Below are positions 57,983 through 64,000 of a stretch of 64,000 nucleotides of DNA, one piece after another; the stretch's first letter is position 1, and each line of letters begins with the position of its first letter. The DNA comes from Andreprevotia chitinilytica DSM 18519 (GTDB lineage: Bacteria > Pseudomonadota > Gammaproteobacteria > Burkholderiales > Chitinibacteraceae): contig NZ_JONM01000001.1 in assembly GCF_000711875.1 (NCBI RefSeq), positions 163,934-227,933 of the forward strand. The letters run 5' to 3'. The position numbers and the translations under genes were made by a program. Under the pieces are notes generated by a model that was not told the DNA's origin, did no database searches, and saw only the letters and a program-made list of their open reading frames with translations.

Positions 57983-59353
57983 ATGACCATGAATACCGCC
58001 GCCTCCCGCTATCCCGCGCCACCCGCACCAGCCCGGGCGCAGGCCGTCGCCGTCAGCCAGGAAACGCAGGATCAGGCCCGCATCAGCGTGCGCCAACTGC
58101 TGGAGCGCAGCCCGGCCTACGGCAGGCTCGATCACGGCACGCAACGGCAGCTGGCGCATGATCTGGTGAAAATCAGCAGCTATCTGGCCGAGCCGGAAGG
58201 GCAACGCCTCGCCCCAAGCCAGACCGCCCCGGCGGTGCGTGCGCTGGCCGAGAATGTCTCGATGCAAACCGATAGCAGCAATACCAACAGCGACGGCAAA
58301 TTCGTGGCGCAGGGCGCACGTGAAGGGGCGGCGGTGGCTGGCGCGTTGCTGAACGCGATCAACTTCCCCGAGTTCGTGTCTGGCCTCATCAATGGCGTGT
58401 TCCACTCCATCGTCACCTCGTCGATCCAGCAGATGGAGGCCTACGCCAAGCTGGTGGCGGATGTCTCCAAGAGCCTGAACCAGTTCCGCGATGACAACGT
58501 GTCGGACAATCAGGGGCGTGATCATCTGGTCGATCAGTATCCCGATCTGTTCCAGATCACCGTCAACAACGACTTCGGCGGCGGCTTCGGCAGCGATTCC
58601 GGTGGTCCGCCACCGGGGCCGCGTTGCACCCTGCGCGATGGCGTGGACGAGCAAAGCGCGCTGAGCCGCGTCAATCAGATGCCCATCGATGGCGGCCCGC
58701 TGCGCAGTCTGGACGACGACACCGTCGAGCAAAAGCTGGTGCCGGCCGCCCGTACACAACTGGCCACCAGCCGCCAGCAATTGCTGGCAACGATGGTGAT
58801 GATGGGCATCAACCGCATCGTGGTGACCGACGGCAAGATCTCCGCCAAGGTCATGTATGACTTCAAGGCGCAGGACAACATGAAGTTCCGCCAGAGCGCG
58901 CAGCGCTTCGATTACGGCGACCAGTACAGCACCACCAGCAGTGGCAACATGGAAAGCAATACCCAGGGCGCGCAAAGCTCCAGTTCGTCCGGCAGCGATG
59001 GCTCGTCGCAACAGAGCAATCGCGATGCGAGCTATTACTCGAAGGGCACCTACAACACCACCTCGCAGCCGGTGCTCAAGCTCGCCAGCGCCTCGCAGAC
59101 CGATATCAATGCCGACCTGAGCACCAAGGCATCGCTGTCCGGCGTGGTGGAAGTCAATTTCAAGAGCGATTACCTGCCGCTGGACAAGATGGCCGACCCG
59201 GCCGCGATTGCCGCCATCCAGATGAACGCCCAGCCGGGCATGGCGAAAACGACTGCCGGTACGCGCGCGCCTGCGCCCGCAGCAACCCCGGCTGCCGCAC
59301 CAGCACCCGTACCCGCGCCTGCCGCTACACCGGCCGCCCCGGCTGCGCACTGA
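57983..59353 (+). CDS. unknown family, paralog B (~456 aa)
   Basis: ATG after AAGGA RBS (MTMNTAAS) inside ORF 57947..59353; same conserved blocks as 50305 gene; S/Q/N-rich insert; ends PAAPAAH. Confidence 0.65.
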   Translation: MTMNTAASRYPAPPAPARAQAVAVSQETQDQARISVRQLLERSPAYGRLDHGTQRQLAHDLVKISSYLAEPEGQRLAPSQTAPAVRALAENVSMQTDSSNTNSDGKFVAQGAREGAAVAGALLNAINFPEFVSGLINGVFHSIVTSSIQQMEAYAKLVADVSKSLNQFRDDNVSDNQGRDHLVDQYPDLFQITVNNDFGGGFGSDSGGPPPGPRCTLRDGVDEQSALSRVNQMPIDGGPLRSLDDDTVEQKLVPAARTQLATSRQQLLATMVMMGINRIVVTDGKISAKVMYDFKAQDNMKFRQSAQRFDYGDQYSTTSSGNMESNTQGAQSSSSSGSDGSSQQSNRDASYYSKGTYNTTSQPVLKLASASQTDINADLSTKASLSGVVEVNFKSDYLPLDKMADPAAIAAIQMNAQPGMAKTTAGTRAPAPAATPAAAPAPVPAPAATPAAPAAH

Positions 59354-59368
59354 CGGAGGAACGGCATC

Positions 59369-60724
59369 ATGCACAGCGCCACGCCCGGTTATGGGCGGTC
59401 TGATCCCCCATTCGGTCCCCCCTCTGATCCCCCGTCTGATCCGAAGGGGAGGAGGAGCGAGCACCTGCCTGACCACCGGCCGGCGTGGCTGGATGACGAC
59501 ACGCTCGCTGTCGTGCGGCCACAGGTGCGCAAGTTGCTGGAAGCCTCGCCGGGTTTTCAGGCGCTGGCCGATGAAAAGAAGCGCGATATCGCCCGGCAGA
59601 TGGTCAATGTCGCCGCCTATATGGCGAACCCGGATGGCCTCGCCAAGCGCGAGCTGACGCCGGGCCAGAACGTGGTCGAGCAGCCCGGTGTGCTGGCCCG
59701 CCAACAGGATGCGGTGGACGATGCCAAGGCTGCCGCATCCAAGGAAGTCGGCAACTTTGCCGGCAAGGATTTCCAGGCCGGTGCGGTGCAGCAGGGTGTA
59801 CAGCAGTTCGGCGAGCTGGTGCAGAAGGTGGACTTCCCGCTGTTCGTGGCCGGGTTGATCCATAACGTGTTCGAGGCCATCGTCAATTCGTCCATCAAGC
59901 AGATGGAGGCCTACGGCAAGTTACTGGCGAGCGTGTCGCAATCGGTGGCCGATTTTGCCCGCGACAATATTTCGCAAAACAATGCGCGGGATTGGCTGAT
60001 GCAGAAATATCCGGATCAGCTCGGGCTGGATACCTCGTCGGCCGATAGCGGCGGCAGCAATGGCCAGCCTGCCACGCCACGCCTGACCGCCAGCGGTGAC
60101 GATCCGTCGACCTTCCTCAAGACGCTGAGCACCGAGTTCGGCATGAGCAAGCCGGTGGATGATCTATCCGACCCGGAGCAGGAAGGGATGCTGGTGCAGG
60201 CGGCACAGGTGCAGATCGCCAAGAGCCGGCAGCAGTTGCTGGCATCGATGGTGATGCTGGGCATCAACCGCATCGTCGTGACTGACGGCATGATCCACGC
60301 CAAGGTGATCTTCGACCTGAAGGCGAGCGATCAGGCGCAACGGCAGGCGCGGGCATCGTTGTATGACCGCAATGCCAGCCGCAACGTCAATACCAGTGTG
60401 GCCGGTGGCGGTTGGGGCTTCTTCGGTGCAGCGACCGCCAACCAGAATGTGCAGGACCACGTGACGACGGTGCAGTCGTCGGTGGACGAAACATCCGAAT
60501 CGAAGGCGGAAGTGAAAGCCAACCTGACCGGCGAGGTGCGGGTGAATTTCAAATCCGACTATCTGCCGATGGAAAAGATGGCGACGCCGCAGATGATCGC
60601 GTCGATCCAGGGCAATGCCACGCCGTACGATCCGAACAACCCGAACGCGCACAGGCCGGGTGCGGCACCTGCCGCTGCGCCAGCTGCAGCCGCCCCGGCA
60701 CCGCAACCGGCTGCCGCGCATTGA
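59369..60724 (+). CDS. unknown family, paralog C (451 aa)
   Basis: GGAGGA RBS + ATG 59369; conserved blocks; ends QPAAAH. Confidence 0.7.
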   Translation: MHSATPGYGRSDPPFGPPSDPPSDPKGRRSEHLPDHRPAWLDDDTLAVVRPQVRKLLEASPGFQALADEKKRDIARQMVNVAAYMANPDGLAKRELTPGQNVVEQPGVLARQQDAVDDAKAAASKEVGNFAGKDFQAGAVQQGVQQFGELVQKVDFPLFVAGLIHNVFEAIVNSSIKQMEAYGKLLASVSQSVADFARDNISQNNARDWLMQKYPDQLGLDTSSADSGGSNGQPATPRLTASGDDPSTFLKTLSTEFGMSKPVDDLSDPEQEGMLVQAAQVQIAKSRQQLLASMVMLGINRIVVTDGMIHAKVIFDLKASDQAQRQARASLYDRNASRNVNTSVAGGGWGFFGAATANQNVQDHVTTVQSSVDETSESKAEVKANLTGEVRVNFKSDYLPMEKMATPQMIASIQGNATPYDPNNPNAHRPGAAPAAAPAAAAPAPQPAAAH

Positions 60725-60736
60725 AGGCGGGTCGCT

Positions 60737-61720
60737 ATGGGCACGCAGATGCACCCCGACCACGACGACCGCATTGCCGCACGGCTGCATCGCGCCCTCG
60801 GCTTCGCGCAGTGGCGGCTTGGCTTGCGGCCCGCGCCGGCCGGTGCTCAGGCGCTGGATGCGCTCGACCCGGTGGATTTACCACCTGATGTCTCTGACCC
60901 GCAGCAGATCGCCTCGCTGGAAGCCGCCGGACCGTTGTATCTGGCGCGTGAACTCGAATCGGCTCAGCTTTTGCCGGCCGTGGAGCTGATTACCGGCTTG
61001 TTCACCGGCGGCACCATCAACCAGTCGCTCGGCAATGTCGGCCAGAAATTGCTCGGCTTCTGGCGCACCCGCCACCAGCGGCTTGGCCCGACCGAGCGGC
61101 AAACACTGTTCGCCCACGTATTCGAGGAGCCGGCGTTTACATCATTGATGCAGGCCCTGTGCACGCAAATGGCCAGCACGATGAACGCATGGCAGCCCCC
61201 CATCTGGCAGCCGCATGGCTATGGGCAGATTGGCGTCGGGCTGGCGGGGATTGGCGTATCGCAAGCGGCGCAGGCGGTGGCGGATTTTCTGGCGGGGCGG
61301 CTGGCCGGCATGGCGACCTACGCCGCCGGTGAATTGATACAGAACATCCGCGACGGGGTGGAAGTCCTGAAAGCGCCGGAAGTGCAGACTGCCTTCAACG
61401 TGCGCGGCATGTGGGCGCTGGTGGCCCTGGTGGCGAATCAGCGCGGGCTGGATGCCTCGCAAATCCATGCCCATGTCGAACGCGGGCAGGCAGGCCAGCT
61501 GATCCTGACCTGGTTGGCCCAGGCCGCCCACACCAACAACTACACGCTCGATCCGCACGATGCGCGGTCTCAGGCGGTGATCAATGCGGCGGCGACCTGG
61601 CTGGTGCAAGTGCCCGGTGATACTCAGGTCGGCAGCGCCCAGACCACGGTCACGACGAGCACCGCGCCCCCGCCCGCAGTGCCGGCCGTGCCGTCGATGG
61701 TGGGAAGCATCGGCGTATGA
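60737..61720 (+). CDS. hypothetical protein (327 aa)
   Basis: ATG 60737; ATGA overlap with paralog D start. Confidence 0.5.
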   Translation: MGTQMHPDHDDRIAARLHRALGFAQWRLGLRPAPAGAQALDALDPVDLPPDVSDPQQIASLEAAGPLYLARELESAQLLPAVELITGLFTGGTINQSLGNVGQKLLGFWRTRHQRLGPTERQTLFAHVFEEPAFTSLMQALCTQMASTMNAWQPPIWQPHGYGQIGVGLAGIGVSQAAQAVADFLAGRLAGMATYAAGELIQNIRDGVEVLKAPEVQTAFNVRGMWALVALVANQRGLDASQIHAHVERGQAGQLILTWLAQAAHTNNYTLDPHDARSQAVINAAATWLVQVPGDTQVGSAQTTVTTSTAPPPAVPAVPSMVGSIGV

Positions 61721-63141
61721 ACGCGCCGCTGCAGCCGGCCGGCATCGCTGCAACGCCGCCGGGGTGGCTGCGTCAGGCGGTGCGCGATCATTTGCAGAGT
61801 ACGAAAAGCTATCAGGACATGGCGGCGGACAAACGCCGTGAACTGGCGCATGCGATGGTGCGGGTGTCGCAAACGGCGGCGCAACTGATCGATGAAGAAC
61901 GCCGGGCGAGTGAACATATCGAGGCGCAGCAACCCCGCAAGCCGCCCCAACCGCTGGCACGTGCGCAAGACGCGCCGGGCTTCGGCGCGGCGACCGATCG
62001 TTTGGCATCGACCACGCAAAGCGTGCTGAACGCGGTGTCGTTTCCGCGCTTCGTCACCGACCTCATCAATGGCGTCTTCCGCGCCATGCTCGATTCCACC
62101 TCGCAGCAGATGCAGATGTATGTGCAACTGCTGAACAACGTCTCCGCCTCGCTGGATGGTTTTTCCGGTACCCAGTTCAGTAACGACGGGGCGCGGCATT
62201 GGCTGGCGGATCACTTCCCGGATGCATTCCAGATCGACAACGCCGATTCCACCGACCCGGACAATCCGCCCGAACTGAATTTGCGCGACGGGGGGCGCAT
62301 GCCGGATCAGGAGGCGCTGCGGACCGTATTCGGCATGGAGCCGACCGACACCATCGACGCTGGTAATCCGGAACAACTGGTGCCGCTGGCCCGCCGCCAG
62401 ATGGCGCGGCAACGGCAGCAGATGCTCTCCACGATGGTGATGATGGGCATGCAGCGCATCGTGGTGGATAGCGGCAAGATCAACGCCGCCATGCACTTCC
62501 ACATCGATACGCGCAGCGCAGCGCAGAACGATAGCAGCAACAGTTTCAATTTCCAGAACAAGGTGTCGGCCAGCGGCAGCTTCGGCGTCGGGCCGTGGGG
62601 GGCGAGCGCCTCGGTGGAAAACACCATCGGCTATGTCTCGACGCAGCGCTCGCAGAGCACCGAGGAGATGAACACCGATCTGGATCTGAGCTCGTCAGTG
62701 GAAATCAATTTCCGCAGCGATTACCTGCCGCTCAACCGCATGGCGGCACAGGCACAGGCTGACCGCATCCGCGCCAATACCATCAACCCGGATGCGGAAG
62801 CCGCAGCGTTGGCGACCGAGCGTCAGGCCCGGCATGCCTCGGACGTGCAGTCTGATACCGCGCGCCGGCAGACGCTCACCGATGCGAGCGCTGCGCCGCG
62901 GCCGTCGACGCCGCCACCACCGGCAGCAGGCGCGCCACGTCCAAGTCCTGCGACTACGGGCCCGACGCCGACACCAGCGGGTGGCCCCGCGCCAACGAGC
63001 GGACCACCGCCGACCGGCAGCCCAGCGTCAACCGGTGGCCCGACCCCGACGGGTAGCCCCTCAGCAACGCCCGCTCACTCGCCGACCAGCCCGTCGCCTA
63101 CGCCATCAGCAACGCCTGCGCCAGTGACGGGGGCGCATTGA
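61717..63141 (+). CDS. unknown family, paralog D (474 aa) with long Pro/Thr/Ser/Gly-rich tail
   Basis: conserved blocks FPRFVTDLINGVF, RQQMLSTMVMMGMQRIVVDSGKINA, EINFRSDYLPL; ends VTGAH. Confidence 0.7.
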   Translation: MNAPLQPAGIAATPPGWLRQAVRDHLQSTKSYQDMAADKRRELAHAMVRVSQTAAQLIDEERRASEHIEAQQPRKPPQPLARAQDAPGFGAATDRLASTTQSVLNAVSFPRFVTDLINGVFRAMLDSTSQQMQMYVQLLNNVSASLDGFSGTQFSNDGARHWLADHFPDAFQIDNADSTDPDNPPELNLRDGGRMPDQEALRTVFGMEPTDTIDAGNPEQLVPLARRQMARQRQQMLSTMVMMGMQRIVVDSGKINAAMHFHIDTRSAAQNDSSNSFNFQNKVSASGSFGVGPWGASASVENTIGYVSTQRSQSTEEMNTDLDLSSSVEINFRSDYLPLNRMAAQAQADRIRANTINPDAEAAALATERQARHASDVQSDTARRQTLTDASAAPRPSTPPPPAAGAPRPSPATTGPTPTPAGGPAPTSGPPPTGSPASTGGPTPTGSPSATPAHSPTSPSPTPSATPAPVTGAH

Positions 63142-63144
63142 GCA

Positions 63145-63537
63145 TTACCAAGTCACCCGTAAGCCGGGCACCAAGGCCAGCTGGCTATCCGCGCTGACCA
63201 GCGTGGCATCCAGTGTCATGGCCGTCGCGCCGATCAAGCGATCGGCCGGGTCGCCATGCGGGAACTGGCCCCCTTGTGCAAGGGCAGCAACGGCGGGTGA
63301 GATCGGCAAGACCTTTAGCTTGAGCGCATCGACCAGATCATCGAGGAATGCTTGAGTCGGAATCGGCAGCTGGATACGGCCTTTTTCGGTCAGCATGGCG
63401 ATTTCCCACAGACTGATGTCGGCGCATCCCAGCGTGCCATTCGCTTTGCCAACCTCAATGGTTTGTGCGGCCACGGGGGTGAGCCGATCCGGTGCCAGTG
63501 CCCAGAACACCAAGGCATGGGTATCACAGATGATCAT
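63145..63537 (-). CDS. vapC: PIN-domain toxin VapC-like
   Basis: ATG 63537 (MIICDTHALVFW..), acidic PIN residues; overlaps antitoxin stop. Confidence 0.7.
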   Translation of the reverse strand: MIICDTHALVFWALAPDRLTPVAAQTIEVGKANGTLGCADISLWEIAMLTEKGRIQLPIPTQAFLDDLVDALKLKVLPISPAVAALAQGGQFPHGDPADRLIGATAMTLDATLVSADSQLALVPGLRVTW

Positions 63538-63787
63538 CGGTGCTGCCCCAGCCCGCATCGATAGGAGCAAGCAAATCGCCAACAACGGCTTTTGTGCGCA
63601 AGACGGCCAGCCGCTCTAGCGCAGCTTCCGAGTGATCCACTTCCGGCATCAGTCTGGCGACGACTTTGCCGTGAATGGTGATCTGCACTTCTTCTCCCGC
63701 CTGCACTTTGCCCAGATACAGCGGCAGGTGCTGGCGCAGTTGAGTCACATTGATTTGAAGCACGGTATTCACTTTCGATATGTACAT
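63524..63787 (-). CDS. Phd/YefM-family antitoxin
   Basis: LRQHLPLYLGKVQAGEEVQITIHGKVVARLMP typical Phd/YefM fold signature; AT-rich palindromic promoter region upstream (63780-63800). Confidence 0.65.
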   Translation of the reverse strand: MYISKVNTVLQINVTQLRQHLPLYLGKVQAGEEVQITIHGKVVARLMPEVDHSEAALERLAVLRTKAVVGDLLAPIDAGWGSTDDHL

Positions 63788-63925
63788 AAATTATGTACAT
63801 ATTAGGGCGATTTTTTGTGAACGTAAATCGGCGTGCCCTGCTATCGTGAGCGGGCGTAAGCAAGAACGGCTGGCTATGCGTTAGTCAGAAGAGACCGTGG
63901 TGATTTGGAAAGATCGGTGGATCAG

Positions 63926-64000
63926 ATGCCTTTGAAACGAATACTCGACCCGTTAATGCCGGTGTTGCTACTGGCCTGCCTGTGCGCTGCAGCCCCGGCA
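63926..64000 (+). CDS. partial CDS (5' end only), signal-peptide-like start MPLKRILDPLMPVLLLACLCAAAPA
   Basis: ATG 63926, runs off window end. Confidence 0.3.
   Translation, partial: MPLKRILDPLMPVLLLACLCAAAPA

Overview
The window is a 64-kb GC-rich (~65%) proteobacterial chromosomal segment, coding on both strands and heavily peppered with at least five families of REP/MITE-like palindromic repeats. The ORF track renders TTG/GTG starts as M; starts were refined to ATG with an upstream RBS where the sequence supports it.

Main content, in order:
- 1-8.3 kb: a wecB / BcsB-like / nfrB-like / nfrA-like operon. The nfrB-like gene encodes a GT2 synthase with tandem C-terminal MshEN c-di-GMP-binding motifs. 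The locus is predicted to be a c-di-GMP-gated, synthase-dependent exopolysaccharide system for an N-acetylmannosamine-type polymer.
- 8.6-41.9 kb: a mixed accessory/housekeeping stretch. Enzymes: a candidate flavin amine oxidase gene translationally coupled to an MSOX-like oxidase gene; an HExxH protein and a VOC enzyme; a PL5 alginate-lyase-like gene; a GH18 chitinase with triple Cys-repeat modules; a membrane-bound FAD/cytochrome c dehydrogenase operon; a beta-helix lipoprotein. Other: a DcuA transporter, an MFS transporter, a DUF1501/DUF1800 pair, a flotillin, and a low-GC orphan solute-binding protein.
- 41.9-45.7 kb: a small regulatory module. A LysR and a SARP (BTAD) regulator are flanked by an inverted ~320-bp duplication. 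Each copy carries a structured leader plus a small secreted-peptide gene. An (CACCTCA)n microsatellite and AT-rich direct-repeat DNA lie alongside.
- 45.9-63.1 kb: the most unusual region. It is a co-directional cluster encoding four things:
  - a 1352-aa multi-protease polyprotein (trypsin-like S1, permuted papain/NlpC-like, two C39-like Cys-peptidase modules);
  - an S8 subtilase;
  - four paralogs of an unrecognised ~370-470-aa family with a conserved helical core, a conserved beta segment, Pro/Ala-rich tails and a recurring C-terminal -AH;
  - five more hypothetical proteins.
  I cannot assign this to any described system, so it is the best candidate in the window for a novel protease-matured assembly or toxin/defence system.
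- 63.1-63.8 kb: a vapBC-like toxin-antitoxin pair closes the cluster.
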